A DNA stretch of 64,000 bases from a virus, in IMG/VR virus record IMGVR_UViG_3300017971_000214, positions 1 through 64,000 of that record, one strand, 5' to 3'. The position numbers and the translations under genes are program-made. Under the pieces are notes generated by a model. The model saw only the letters and a program-made list of their open reading frames with translations. It did no database searches and was not told the origin of the DNA. Shown here piece after piece: positions 27,722-40,424 of the stretch (position 1 is its first letter; each line of letters begins with the position of its first letter).

Positions 27722-30468
27722 GGGAGCGGTCCAACGAGCGGGCGGAGTAGGAGAGACCATGGCGAACGAGCGGCCCGGCGCGCCGGAGACGGGGCTGACC
27801 CCTGAGCAGAAACGGGGGTGTGCGTGGGCTCTTCTGCTAGGAATCATCGGGGTCATCATATTCGGGCTCTACCTCATAGAACGCGATGACCGGCACGACT
27901 GTGAGATCCGGTCCTGCGTGGAAGGGAGAACGCCGAGGCTCATCGACGGGGTGTGCATCTGCGTAGTTCTGCCGGGAGGGGAGCGATGAAAGATCCTTCT
28001 CCTTGGGGTCCGTTCGAGTACTGGCGCAAGGGCTCCACGCCGAAGGGCTACGTCTGTTCGGTCTGCGGAGACTCTGGTGTGCGGCTATGGCGGCAGTCGA
28101 ATACGATCGCTTCCTGCATCGAACTGATGTGTCGCGGCTGTGCTCTGAAGAACCAGACGGGCAAGGGGCACATGCAGGGGCTAGAAGGGATCAAGACGGA
28201 CTGCATCGGATGGCTCGTCCCCGCTGTACCCACCGAGGAAGGCAACACCTTCTGGGGCTATACGTCGGTCCCTCCGTCTGGTGTCAAATGGTGGTACAGC
28301 CTACCGAGTTGGGAGGGAGCTGGGGCATGACGGGAGCCGAGAAAAAGCTGGTCTACTTCCTGACCCTCTACGCTGACGGGCTCTGCACGCGCGACGAATT
28401 GGTGACGCAGCTCGCGATGCTCCCTCCGAGCGTCTTGGCGCTGGTCCCTGACAACGGGCGGCAGCCCCGCGACGACTTCCCCGGCATCCGCCCCGACGCT
28501 GAGAAATTGCGGGAGCAGATCAAAGACTCCTCCGTCACCATCATGAGCAGCAGCGGCCACTTCTACACCGCGGCCGACTTGCAGGACGACGAACCATGAG
28601 CAGTGATCTCTTCGACGCCGAAGACCACAAGGGCATCTCCATCGACTTGGAGATGAACGTCCACAACACCTTGTTCCTGACGGCGCTGGGAAAAGAGGAG
28701 CGGGACTACGGGGAGCGCGGCGAGGAGATGGTGACGTTCACCTTCCGCCCTGATGAGAAGGGGATCGAGCAGGCTCGCGGGATGCGCGATGCGTTGGACA
28801 AATGGGCACGGCATGCGGGGGGAGTGGAGATCCAAACGAACATGCCGCCCAAGTTGAAGGCAGTGCTCGACGCGCTGTACGAATGGCGTGACAGTCTTCC
28901 TGCTGTTCCTGGGGATGCTACCGATGGCGTGGCTGGGAAGCTCATTCACGCTACGGATGAGTGGAGGTCAATCGGATGAGTACCTACAGAGATGCAGCGT
29001 CTGAGGCGCAAGCCAAGACGCAGGTGATGATGCTGGAGCTGATGCAAGCGATGACCAAAGCGTCGCTGGCTTTTCAGGGAGACGACTTGGCCGAAGCTGC
29101 CATGAGCATGCGCGACGCTGCTGGGGCGCTGAAGAAGCTAGCAGCCGAGTTCGACAAGACGGCCGACGAGATCCAAGAGGAGATCAGCAAGAACCAGAAG
29201 GACCGCTGATGGACCGCTGCGACACCGAGGTGTTCGAAAAGGGGGAGCCTTTGCTACTCGCTTCCACCGGGGAGACGGGGGGCAACAAGCTGTTCGAGGC
29301 TTGGGTTCAGCGTGTGGCCCGTGTGTCAGGCCAACGTGTGGACTGGCACTACTCGGGGGGCATCGCGCAGGTGCTGACCCTCGGGGACCTGGAGCAAGCG
29401 GGCGTCGCCGCGCGCAGCCTGGAAAGCGAGCTGCCTGAGGGTCAAAGGATCATGCGCTGGTTCGTCTCCGGCGAAGCCGGCGCGTATCGTAGGGGCGTGA
29501 CCGAGGAGCCGGAAGGCGCCATCGCCGGGTTCACCGATCTGAACGGGGAGCAGCAGTTCCTGGTGAAAGCTGAGGACTGATGCGGAAGCTCGATTCGTTC
29601 GACAAGAAGATGGTGATCGGCATCGCCATCGGAATCGCGATGGTAGCGGTTTCGATCTACATGCGTTGCGGGATGCATCAGGAGTGCCAGGAGAAGAGCT
29701 GCCCCGAAGGTCACGTTCCGGCCCGAGTCGACGAGCGCTGCGTATGCTTGTTGGAGGCAAAGTGACGATCTACGTGGACGAGACCGGTCATGTGTGGGAG
29801 GAGCGTTGCTTTCCTCCCCCCTTGGATTGGAAACCGGGCAACGTCATCAAGGTGCGCGGAGCCCGCTTCTCCATCGTCAGCATCCACCGCGAGCTGTCGC
29901 CTTACCCGCGGGAGCCCAAGAACAAGGTGGTGATTCGTGGGGTGGATTAGGCGTGCCCTCCAAGTGCTCTGGGACTGGTTCGCTCCTGCGTCTCCGGACG
30001 ACGAGTACACCATCCGGCAGGGCGTCCGGGTTCCCGCCTGCTGCGAATGTGGCGTGGAGGTGAAGAACTTCAAGGATCGCAACGTAGTGGACCTGACGGA
30101 GCCGGGTGACGTGGACAAGCGCGTCGTGCGGTTCGGTTTGATCTGTGACTCCTGCTTGGAAGTCAGAGGGAAGGTAGACGGTTCGGGCTGAAGGTACGAT
30201 CTGGTGTTGGAGAGGTTAGCCGCATGCTCGTGCGACGGAGAGGTTGATTGCATGATTCATGATCTCGTAAGCGAGCTGGTCGCGCGCCTTCGCGCGAATG
30301 AAGGTGCCAGCGCAGAAAACTTGGTCCAGAGGCTCGAACGCGAAGCCAAGGAGTTCGTCTGTCCTGTGTGTGGGGTAGGCACAGACGATCCCTTCGTGGG
30401 GTTGGTGGAGGAGCCCCAAGCCAAAGTCATTTTCTACTGCCCTGCGTGCAACGATTTGGGGAGCAGCG

Positions 30469-31350
30469 ATGCCTGAGTTCGAGATCATTTACTCAGCCCT
30501 TCTTGAGTTCGACGACCGAGGAGACGCCAACGACTTCGCGCGAGCTACGGACGTGAACAACGACTTGCGCGGGGCGCTAGAGGGCAACGGTCGGCGGGCG
30601 GTGAAGCGGCTCAACATTCAGGTGCAGGAGATCGAGGACGCCGACTTCTTCCTGGACCCCGAAACCCCTGAAGAGGAAGTAGACGAGGCGCTGCGCAAGC
30701 TCAACATCGATCCAGAAGAGCTGAAGGCAAGAGGAAAGAAGTTCATGGATGACCTGTTGAAAGAGCGCCAGTTCATGTGCCCGCGCTGCAATACTCAACA
30801 TGACCGCGGCGCCGTGGACGGCTTCGGGGTCTACCGCTGCCTGAACTGCGGGTACGTCGGTCCACGCAAGCCGAAGGTGTCGATGGTCGAAGCCCTGCAC
30901 AACGCTCGCAGCTACCTGGATGCCAAGCGCGCCGCAGCACAAGGTCGTCCTGCCTCCAAGATGTCTCTCGCTGAAGAGATGCTGCACAACCTCTACGACT
31001 GCGCCGAATGGTGGCGGTTCGAGACGGACGCAGCCGTGGAGAAAGCGGCTCAGCGGGCGCGTGAGGACGAACGTGAGAAGTGCGCCAAAGTCTGCGAAGC
31101 GATGATCATAGGAGGCCGAGCTTGGACCGAGGACCAGGCCAAAGCCGCCGAGGTGCTGCACGCCGCGGCCAATGCCATCAGGAATAGACAGGACGAAGCC
31201 GAGAGGCTGGACGAAGCCATCCAGCACGCGGCTCAGGTGGCAGCGAGCTACGACGGTACGGCCTCCGACTCCCCCTGCGCTCGCGAACACCGGCAGCTCG
31301 CTACGTGGTTGCGGGAGTTGAAGGAGCGCCGAAGCAAGGACGAATCGTAG
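30469..31350 (+). CDS. hypothetical protein with Zn ribbon
   Basis: CPRC..CLNC; 293 aa ORF with an RBS. Confidence 0.65.
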   Translation: MPEFEIIYSALLEFDDRGDANDFARATDVNNDLRGALEGNGRRAVKRLNIQVQEIEDADFFLDPETPEEEVDEALRKLNIDPEELKARGKKFMDDLLKERQFMCPRCNTQHDRGAVDGFGVYRCLNCGYVGPRKPKVSMVEALHNARSYLDAKRAAAQGRPASKMSLAEEMLHNLYDCAEWWRFETDAAVEKAAQRAREDEREKCAKVCEAMIIGGRAWTEDQAKAAEVLHAAANAIRNRQDEAERLDEAIQHAAQVAASYDGTASDSPCAREHRQLATWLRELKERRSKDES

Positions 31351-31355
31351 TGCTC

Positions 31356-31395
31356 CACTACAATTGTTGACCATCCCAACACTAGCTGATAGGTT
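31356..31395 (+). promoter_or_regulatory. CACTACAATTGTTGACC box promoter followed by a 4-nt-periodic leader
   Basis: TTGACC-17 bp-TAGGTT; the leader to 31493 reads ggat ggat ggcc tggt ggtt... Confidence 0.7.
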
Positions 31396-31964
31396 GGTAG
31401 CGTCTGAACGATGGATTCATGGATGGATGGCCTGGTGGTTTAGCGTCGGGTAGCACGCGGGACGGCAGGGCCGGAAGGCTGGAAGAAAGACGATGGGATC
31501 TGATCTCTACATGCAGCACAGTATGTACTGCCAGCACGAGTTCCCGAAGCTCATGGCAGCGTGCAAGAGACTTACCGAGCGATGGCGTTCCGCTGACGCG
31601 CACAAGATGTTCCCTGCCGCCGAGAGGGCTGTGGCCGAAGAGGTCATGAAGGGCTGCGCCGAGGCGCTGGAGAAGGTCATCAAGGAAAGCGAGTTCGGGC
31701 CATGAGTTCACGACGCATCGACGTGGTTCTTCGCAGCACTGTGCCGTTCGGCAACTTGGGGACGAAGGCCGTAGAAGTTCGACGCAAGATGTCCTTCGAC
31801 TGGGAGCCGGGGGAGGCGGGCGAGGAACCGTCCAAGTTCCAGCACGCCGTCAGCGACCCGAAGGAGTTCAAGAAGATCTTGGCGCTCACCATCATGAGGG
31901 GAATCGAAGCCGAGATGCCTCGCATGGTGGACGAGTTCATCGACGCCCTGGAGGAGAATGGGTA

Positions 31965-32135
31965 GGCCACGTCGGCTGTCGGTCGGACGCAGGGATCCAA
32001 GGTCGGAAGGAAGGTCAGATAGGACGCAAGCGGAGCGGTCGACTGGGAGTACACACGATCGGACGAAGGGATGAACGAACGGAGGCGCGACGTCTAGGAC
32101 GAGAGCCGGAAGGGGCGTAGGCCCGAAAGGAAGCC
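31965..32135 (+). repeat. intergenic 4-nt-periodic G tract
   Basis: gtcg gtcg gacg cagg...gaag gaag...aacg aacg gagg cgcg; ends at the ATG at 32136. Confidence 0.65.
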
Positions 32136-32920
32136 ATGACTACGAGCCAAGATGCAATCGCATTCCTGAAGAGTCACAAGGACCACGGGGTTTACCCTGC
32201 CGATGACCCGGCCCGCAAGCGTAAGGGGCTGCTCTGCTCCAGGTGCGACGTGCTCTGCGAGGTGTCCTTCGCGGAGTGGGCGCTAGAGCCCGCGCTGAGG
32301 GCCTGGGAGGCCGAGCAGCGAGAGGCGATGGCCCAGGCTTCCGAGGAGCGAGGACGCCTCCAGAGGGCTCTCAGAGCCCAGCAAGAGGCCCTTCTGCCAG
32401 AGGTGCGAATGGGGGCCAACTGGTGCGGAGACTGGGAACCATGAGCGACGTGGCTTTGATCTGTCACCTGCCTCGATCCCGGCGCACGACCTTAGGGATT
32501 GCACGAGCGCGAGAGATCTTCGAGGAAACGGAGTGCACGATACAAGAGCGCGTAGGTGTACGTCCCTTGCATCTGAATCCCGGAGTGCCACCCATTATGC
32601 GCTTCGGTGGATGTCTTCTGCGCTCCAACTGCAAAGGGTGCAAGGAAGAACCCTTCGAAGATCCATGTGGGCGTCGGGACAGCGAGCGTCCCTTCCCGAA
32701 GTGGGGGTTTTCGATCGCGTTGGACAAGTTCGACCAGGCATTCATCGAGAACAACGACGAGAACCACACGTTCCGGTACAAGCATGCGGAGGTGGTGGAG
32801 GTCATGACGGAGGTGATCTCCAAGACTCCCGAGCTGGCGCCGGAGATCTGGTGGGACCGAGGCTTCGGGCACTTCGTCTACAACCTGTTCTTCGAGCCCG
32901 ATGCCTGGGAGGGCGTGTAG

Positions 32921-33508
32921 ATGTACAAGGGGAAGATCCCGTTCACCCGTGAGGGGCGCCTGATGAACTACGTGCACGAGTACAGCTCGATGCACAAGCC
33001 GCACGAGTGGCGGGACAACCACGAGTTCCAAGCGACTCTCACCTTCCAAGGGTTCGAGCGCGGGCGCAGCGCGGCCCATGGCATCTTCCGGGACGAGGAA
33101 GGTCAGCGTTTCGTCATCTTCCTGAAGGACGTGGACAAGCTGATCACTTCCGGAGCCCTTCGGACCGGCGGCATTGCCAGCGGCACGTGGTGCTACTGCA
33201 AGCGCGGGACGAACTACGGGGTGCAGCCGGTCAAGCTCGACATGCCTGAGCCCCCGAAGCCGTGGGTGTGGGACCGCGACGCCAAGGACCACTGGACAGC
33301 GCACGTCCCCGGCGCCGAGCTGACGATGACGGTGTGGGGCGGCTTGGGGGCTCACGAGCCTGAGCCTATCCCCGGTGGTTGGACGTGGGAGGTGTGGGGA
33401 CCTGACCCGGCCAACCCGGACGAGCCCGACTTCACCGGGAAGGTCGGTTCATTCGAGGCCGCTCAGGCTGCGGCGGAACAGTGCCTGAAGGAGAACAGCT
33501 GGGGATGA
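32921..33508 (+). CDS. hypothetical phage protein
   Basis: ORF with RBS; contains GRSAA and KRGTNYG. Confidence 0.65.
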   Translation: MYKGKIPFTREGRLMNYVHEYSSMHKPHEWRDNHEFQATLTFQGFERGRSAAHGIFRDEEGQRFVIFLKDVDKLITSGALRTGGIASGTWCYCKRGTNYGVQPVKLDMPEPPKPWVWDRDAKDHWTAHVPGAELTMTVWGGLGAHEPEPIPGGWTWEVWGPDPANPDEPDFTGKVGSFEAAQAAAEQCLKENSWG

Positions 33509-34584
33509 GCGAGAGGAAACTACGCCAACCGTGCCCGGTCTGCGGATCTACTGACCCCGGAGAGGACCCCTGCTGCAACCCCAAGTGCGACGGCATGTGG
33601 GGGACCAACTGCTACCACTGCCACTACCCCCCGTTTCTGACGATGGTGGAGGCGGAGGACATCCCGGACCTCGTCGAGCGCGTGAAGAAGTACGCGGGGG
33701 CCATGAACGCCGAGGAGATCCGCAGGAAAGAGCGTGAGCGCTGCGCGGACCTCTGTGACGAAGAAGCTGACCAGATAGGCTCTGGGCCGATTGGCGCTTT
33801 CCGCGCCTGCGCTCGGCGCATCCGAGAGATGGCGGAGGGATACATCCCGCGCCCTCGGAAGAAGACGGGCAACCGTCGAAATGCTTCTGACCCCACGGAT
33901 TGGATCGAAGCTGTGAATCAGATCTTGTACGACCTCACGGACCGCCGCGGGTTGCGCCAGGCGTGGGAGAGCATCGACGTGGACATTCGGGACGAGATCA
34001 AGTCCGCGTGGGTCGACATCGTTTGCCGTGGCATGTTGAAGGCGCGCGAGCTGGAGCGCTTGAAGGTTCTCCGCAACCTCTACAGTCGGTTCGGCTATGA
34101 CGAAATCGCGGTGCCTCGCGACGAGCTGTCGGAGGACATCATCTGGAGCTGCACGATGGACGAGGTGGCAGCGGCGCGGACCCAGGAGCGGCAGGCCATC
34201 GTCGCGGAGCTTCAGAAGATCTTCGACAACACCATGATGAACCAGGATGGCAAGACGGCCCTGGCGCTCAGCATCGACCATCTCAAGAAGCTCCCCGCTT
34301 CGTGGCCCGACGCTCCTTCGGCGGACGAGCAGCGGACTGCGGCCATGACCGCCTGGACTGTTCGTCAGATGCGGAGGAGCAGTCTGAAGAAGTCCGCCGA
34401 GGCGGTGAAGGATATGATCGACTCGCTCACCGAGGCGGTGTCGAGCTTGGACGCGATGCCTGACGTGCTCGCAGACCGCATCACCGCGCGACTCACCGAG
34501 CACTTCAACAATGGGTCGGTACGCCGAGACAAGGAGCAGGACCGTGATGCTGGAGAGCCCGAAGAAGACGACTCGTCTATCTGA
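33505..34584 (+). CDS. mosaic hypothetical protein
   Basis: Long coupled ORF. Confidence 0.65.
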   Translation: MSERKLRQPCPVCGSTDPGEDPCCNPKCDGMWGTNCYHCHYPPFLTMVEAEDIPDLVERVKKYAGAMNAEEIRRKERERCADLCDEEADQIGSGPIGAFRACARRIREMAEGYIPRPRKKTGNRRNASDPTDWIEAVNQILYDLTDRRGLRQAWESIDVDIRDEIKSAWVDIVCRGMLKARELERLKVLRNLYSRFGYDEIAVPRDELSEDIIWSCTMDEVAAARTQERQAIVAELQKIFDNTMMNQDGKTALALSIDHLKKLPASWPDAPSADEQRTAAMTAWTVRQMRRSSLKKSAEAVKDMIDSLTEAVSSLDAMPDVLADRITARLTEHFNNGSVRRDKEQDRDAGEPEEDDSSI

Positions 34585-35249
34585 GGCGGAGCGCCGGGAG
34601 AAAGCGCTCGGGCACGAGTGCCCCGACTGTGGAGGGCTCATCCAAATCGTTCCTGCCTCGGTGATGCACGAGGCGCACGAGGAAGGGGAGGTCGCACGGC
34701 GCTGTCTGCTCTGCCCCTTCATCTGCTACATAGGCGACGATCCTCTGCACTACTCGCTAGAGGAAGAAGAGACGGTGATAACACCCATCTTCCCGGCCGC
34801 TGACGCGTTCCGAGGCTTCAACGAGGCAGTGAAAAGGATGGCCGATCAGATGGCTGCGGTGGTGGCTGCGATGTCGATCCCTCCTATGCGCTTCGAGCTT
34901 CCTCGCTTGCCTTCTCTCACGCTGCGCCAGGACTTGGAGGAGCTGGGAGAGTTGATCACCGGCCCCGACGACTCGGAAGAAGAGGAGCCCGAAGAAGATG
35001 GCGACGATCGACGTTACAGCGACATGTGATCGCTGCGAGAAGCAAGAGCGGCACAGCATTCCGATCAGCCAGCTCAAGAACTCCTGGTGGAAGCCGCACG
35101 ATTGGCTGTGGATGACCGCAGCGATAGGGTTCGACGCCCGGTTGAACGTGAAGACCAGGGCTCATGCGCTAGTGTGCCCCGAGTGCCAGGACAAGATGGG
35201 CGTGCACAAGGATTTGAACATCTCGATGGGTGTGCAGACGGAACAGCGG

Positions 35250-35360
35250 TAGGTACGTCGGAGCAATGGGCAGGTGGCACGACACGCGGTCGGTCGGTTC
35301 GGCTGGCCGGAGGTCGGTTGGAAAGTTGGCCCTACTTGGCGACGGCGGTAGCGTGGGAAC
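35250..35360 (+). repeat. intergenic 4-nt-periodic G tract
   Basis: gcgg tcgg tcgg ttcg gctg gccg gagg tcgg ttgg aaag ttgg. Confidence 0.65.
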
Positions 35361-37509
35361 ATGAGTGCAGAGATGAGACGAGGGCGGCTCGTGCAAGACC
35401 TTCAGGGATACGCAGAGTACGTAGCTGAAAAGATCAAAACGGCCTTCAACACGATGCCTATGGATCGAGCACTTCCGGCCACACGCACGGCGCGCGAAGA
35501 GCTGAGGCTGTTGGAGGAAGCTCGGGACACCGCGATGAAGCTCGACATCGACGACATGCCGGCAGTGGTGAAGGTGAAGCAGGTGAAGCCGTGAGTGGGG
35601 GCGATGATGGATACAACGCCGAGCCCCTGAACTTCGGCTGTGTCATCTGTCACGCTGCGAGCGCGAAGCACGAGAGTCCTGGGGACGAAACCAAGGTCAT
35701 CCTGCTCATGTTGCTGAAGGGTGATTCCTCGGCGGCGGAGATGTACGAGGACTTGTGCTTCTTCCACCGTCGCATCATGAACGACTTGCTGGAGACGACA
35801 CCGGAGGCGGTATGAACAGGCGAGAGTTGATCAAGTTGGGAGCCCTGGCTCCTCTGATGGCGTGGTTCGAGCGGGTGTTCGGGCGCTTCTTCCCCGAGCG
35901 CGCCCAAGAGAAAATGCGGGGCTTCCGCCTGTACTTGGACGGCGAAAGCGTGACCTTCCCTGATGCAGTGTCCTTCGAGCACGACCCCTCGGAGTCCTTC
36001 AGCATGGCCTTCTGGTTCAAGACTCAGGCGAAGGACGCGGAGGTGAAGACGCAGCGCAGGAAGAAGATCCCAGCGATGCGCGTGAAGATCTCCAGGCTGT
36101 TCAGCCGCTTGAAGCCTGACGGGCAGTGGCACCACTTCCAGTGTAGCTACGACGGCGGCTCAGACCGGTCCCCAGAGGTCATCGTCCACGAGCCCCCGCC
36201 CGGAGGCATCGAGTTCTGGAAGGGGTAGGAATCAGCCATGTAGGTCTGGGTGGGACACATCGTGATCTCGGCGTGTTGACAATCAGTTTCCTATGTGATA
36301 GGTTAGTATTAGAAGCCCAGAAGAAGGGCACGAAAGAGAAGGCAGAGATGAGCGAAGCGGACAAGGGATTCAACAACGAGCGGCTGCTAGCGAAGGCCAA
36401 GGAACTGGCTGCGGCGGCCAACGCTGCTACGGGCTCCGACGACTTCAACGCCGGGATGCTGTCGGTGTACAGCTCGGTGGAGAACGACCACGGAGAGTTC
36501 GTGGTGATCTGGACGGCCAATCTGGGCAAGTTCTCCTCGAACGGCGGCGGCGAGACCATGGAGCGGGCACTGAAGGCGCTGGAGGACAAAATCGCCCGGT
36601 TCGCTTCCGCGCAAGCGGGCGGCTGATGCAGCTGACCGAAAAGCAGAAGCAGGCCATCGAAGACTGGGTGTTCGAAATCAGTGCCAAGGGGCTCATCGAG
36701 ACCGGCGAGTTCGGCGACGACTTTCGCGAAGCCGAGGCTGCGATCCTCCAGTACGTGAAGGAGCTGAAAGAGAAGGCCCTGCGATGATCACCGGAGACTA
36801 CGAGTGGACCCCGGAGGAATGGGCGGAGGTACAGAGGTATCTCGAATCTCCGGATCGGCAGGTCAAACACCAGCCGGGGTGTCCGGGGTTCGAGCCCTCT
36901 GAGGGCGTCGAGCCCTGCGGAGGCGTCTTTCAGTGCGGGCGCTGCGGGAGGTACTTTGGCTGGTGTTACGGCGCCTCGGACGGCACAGAGGCCGACGAGT
37001 GGTGCGACGACTGCTGGTACGAGGTCTACGGAAAGAAGCTCTCCACGGGCTGAGGAGACCAACATCATGAAGACTTGGTGCATCGTTCGTTTTCATTCCA
37101 TCGGCTCGGACCGCTCCATGTGCGGACCGCTTGGACGAGAAGGGTGCTTTCCGAACGGGCAGATCTCCACAGAGGTGATGCGCTTCCGAAGCCGCGACAC
37201 TGCCGAGGAGTTCATGCGCCAGCACTTCCCCGACTTCGGTGCAGCGGACCACGAGGTAATGACCCTCGATTCGATCACTTTCACCGTGACCACCCACCGG
37301 TACTACAACGGCAAGACCCGCGTGGTGTTCCGCGGACCCTACGACGAAGCGGTGGCGTCCTACTTCATGTGGAAGGGCCGGCACGCCGACGAGGTTCCGC
37401 GTGTGAAGGTGTCCCTAGATGTCGAACTAGACCTGTCCGTGGCTTTGGAAGAGCGCGGGCATCTGATGCAGATCTGTGAACCGCAAGTGGCCTAGAGAGG
37501 ATCAAGTCG

Positions 37510-38121
37510 ATGGGAGACAGAAAGGTACGCGACACTTCTACGAAGGAAGAAGCCACCATAGTGATGATCGACGCCGCGTTGGGAGGGAACAGCGGCGATG
37601 CCATCGAGCGCCAGGAAGCTCGGGGGCAGCAGGACTTCGTGAACAGCACGCAGCTTCCGGTGAAGGGAAGCAACGACGAGGCGTTCACCAAGATGGGAAT
37701 CAGGTTCGGCGTCGCTGTCGAAGGCGAGCTGTTCCGCCACGCCGACCTACCCGAATGTTGGTCCAAGCAACCTACGGAGCATTCAATGTGGTCGAAGCTC
37801 GTTGACCGGAACGGCAACGAGCGAGCTGAGATCTTCTACAAGGCCGCGTTCTACGACCGTCGCGCGCATATGCGTGCCTGTCGCCGGTTCAGTGTCCGGC
37901 ACGACTACGAATACGAGAACAAGAACGAGGGCGAGCTGCGGATCTGCGTGTTCGACATGTGGGGTGGCAAGGAGACGGTGGTCTTCACTGCCGAGGACTC
38001 CTTCACCAAGCGCGAGGAGCGCTGGGAGAAGGACGACGGTCTGACGAATCAGTGCAAGGCGTGGTTGGTGGAGAACTACCCCGAGTGGGAAGACGCGAGC
38101 GCCTGCTGGGACAAGGAGTAG
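37510..38121 (+). CDS. conserved-type phage hypothetical protein
   Basis: GAGG RBS; IERQEARGQ...FYKAAFYDR. Confidence 0.7.
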   Translation: MGDRKVRDTSTKEEATIVMIDAALGGNSGDAIERQEARGQQDFVNSTQLPVKGSNDEAFTKMGIRFGVAVEGELFRHADLPECWSKQPTEHSMWSKLVDRNGNERAEIFYKAAFYDRRAHMRACRRFSVRHDYEYENKNEGELRICVFDMWGGKETVVFTAEDSFTKREERWEKDDGLTNQCKAWLVENYPEWEDASACWDKE

Positions 38122-38127
38122 CGGGCC

Positions 38128-38799
38128 GTGTGGGAGCTAGACGACTACCACAAGGGGCCTCCCCTGAAGCTGCACGAGCTGCGTGACTTGGAGGACGGGG
38201 AGGTCGTGTGGGTCGTCTACTACGACTTCACGTCTGATGGTGGGAGGGAGCCAAAGATCGACGGCCCCTCGCGCATCGAGGACCAGGGGGACGGCTTCAC
38301 GTGGCTGCTCGACGAAGCTGGCTGTGAGTTCGCCATGGAAGGTGAAGACGACGAGGAGTGCTTCGACGACGGGGGCGATGGCTCGGGCGAGATGCGTCTG
38401 TACAAGGCCGTACTCGGCAAGAAGAACGCCGACATCAAGATCTACAAGTACGCGCTGGCGCTCTCTGACGGTGCGTCTCCCGTCTGCATCGTGCAGATGC
38501 CCGAAGGGGCGCGGGTGCTGAAGGTTGCCGCAGCTACGGTGACGACGGGGTTGCCTCCGGACGGTTACCCCCGTGACGAAGAGCGCATGTTCCTCTGGGC
38601 TGCGGTAGACCCCGCCGCGCCTCCAGTGAACCGCGAGTTCGAGGTCTACCCCACGGGGCTTACCAGCTTGCAACCTCCAGTAGACGAGCTGATGCACCTG
38701 GACACTGTGCTGATGCACAACGGCACGCTGGTCTTTCACGTGTTCGAGCGTGATCCCGAAACAGCCGCGCTGATGCGGGAGGCCAAGGCATTGCGATGA
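38128..38799 (+). CDS. two-domain hypothetical protein
   Basis: C-terminal IYKY..MP.GA.VL..LWA.VDP..TG..VFHVFE module. Confidence 0.6.
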   Translation: MWELDDYHKGPPLKLHELRDLEDGEVVWVVYYDFTSDGGREPKIDGPSRIEDQGDGFTWLLDEAGCEFAMEGEDDEECFDDGGDGSGEMRLYKAVLGKKNADIKIYKYALALSDGASPVCIVQMPEGARVLKVAAATVTTGLPPDGYPRDEERMFLWAAVDPAAPPVNREFEVYPTGLTSLQPPVDELMHLDTVLMHNGTLVFHVFERDPETAALMREAKALR

Positions 38800-40424
38800 G
38801 TGAAAGTGCCAAGCACCAGTGGGAGCATCTGAGCACGTCCATCGAGAAGAAGTACGTGTCCTGGTGCCACAAGTGCGGGGCGGTCAGGGTAAAAGCGCTG
38901 AAGATCGACACGGATAAGGCATCGTCGCACTACGTCACTTGGTACTACGCGATGGGGACCAAGGCCGCGCTGAAGCACTCTCCGCCTTGCTACCCCGTAG
39001 AGCTGCACAAGGAGTGCCAGGGGCTCGCCGTCGCGCTGGAGACCGCCATCGAGAAGCTGGAGAAGGCTGAGTCCGACAACGCCTTCCTGCGCAACGAGCT
39101 GAAGGAGCTGATGCCGCCGCTATGAGAGACTTGCAGATCAGATTCCACTGGGACCCGATGCCTTGGGAGAGGCAGCGCGACCGAGGAGAACGCCTGGTGA
39201 CCTGGCACCGCGTGCCCCGAACTGGGGACTTGGTGAATCTCATTCTCCAGAACGAGGACTCTCAGGGGACCCTGGCGACGTTCGAGGTCAAGCATGTGCT
39301 CTGGAACGCTGACGGGCTAGACGGATCTCAAATCCACATCTTGCTGCACTCCACAGGACACACCTACGGCGTCTGAGCGCGGCCCGAGCTGGCGGTTCGC
39401 GAGGGCGCTGGAAAACTCCCGCCTCCGAAGTTTGCCGCGCTCCGCGCCGAGCTGCCGCCTGTTGACTATCGCGCTGCTATGCGATACTGTCACGACATGG
39501 AATGCGCGCACTGCGGGAGCAAGGAGGGGGTCGAGCTGGAGTCCTCGCGGACGGCCTACCCGAAGAAAGAGGAAGAGCCTGATCCCAACGCCCCCATTCC
39601 ACTGTGCCGCAAGTGTGCCAAAGAGCATCATGAGTATTGGAACGAGATGTGGCTGAACGCGATGCCAGAGATTTGATCCTATGCGACCGTGAAGGTTGTG
39701 AGGAGCCGGCAACCCGAATGTTCATACAGGGGCCTCCGAGCAAACGCCGGTTCACATGCAACCCCTGCGGCGAGAACAACGAAGTGCTGTTCGCCGAAGG
39801 CAGCGTAGGCAATGCTCCGCTGCGGGAGTGCTCGATATGCGAGGCTCTGAAAGCGATTCGAAGACAGGCATGGAAGCTGGGGCTGATCTCGCAGCAGCGC
39901 TACGCGACCCTCTGCCGTTGGCATCCGGAGTGGTGATGAGTCTACCTGCCCTATCCGCTGTTCTGCGCAACCTTCGCAACGACGGGGAGCACGCGCTAGC
40001 CGGCCGCATCGAGCGCGAAGCGGACCGATGGCAATGTCCGACGTGCACCTTCCGATCAAACCCCGGCTTCGAGTTCGCGGGGCCGCCGCCGGCCACCGAG
40101 GACGAGCCCATCGCCGTGTTCCACTGCCCGTTCTGTTCGCCCGAAAGGGTGCGAGTCGATGATGGTCCTGAAGATCCTAGCTAGGTGGATCATACGCAAC
40201 GAGCTGGCGGAGCTAAGAGGTACTGCCGCCATGACTCGGAGGTTCTTCCACTCGTGGCGTTCGGGCGCGCGGCTGTGGGAGCGGTACGCCCACTACTTGG
40301 AAGAGAAGTACGACTTGGACGAGGACTTCAACGACTTCTTTTGGACACTCTCTTCCGAAGAGCGCAGGGACCCGGCGTCTTCGGACTACGTACCAGGGTT
40401 CACACCAAGGAGAAGCGAGAGAAA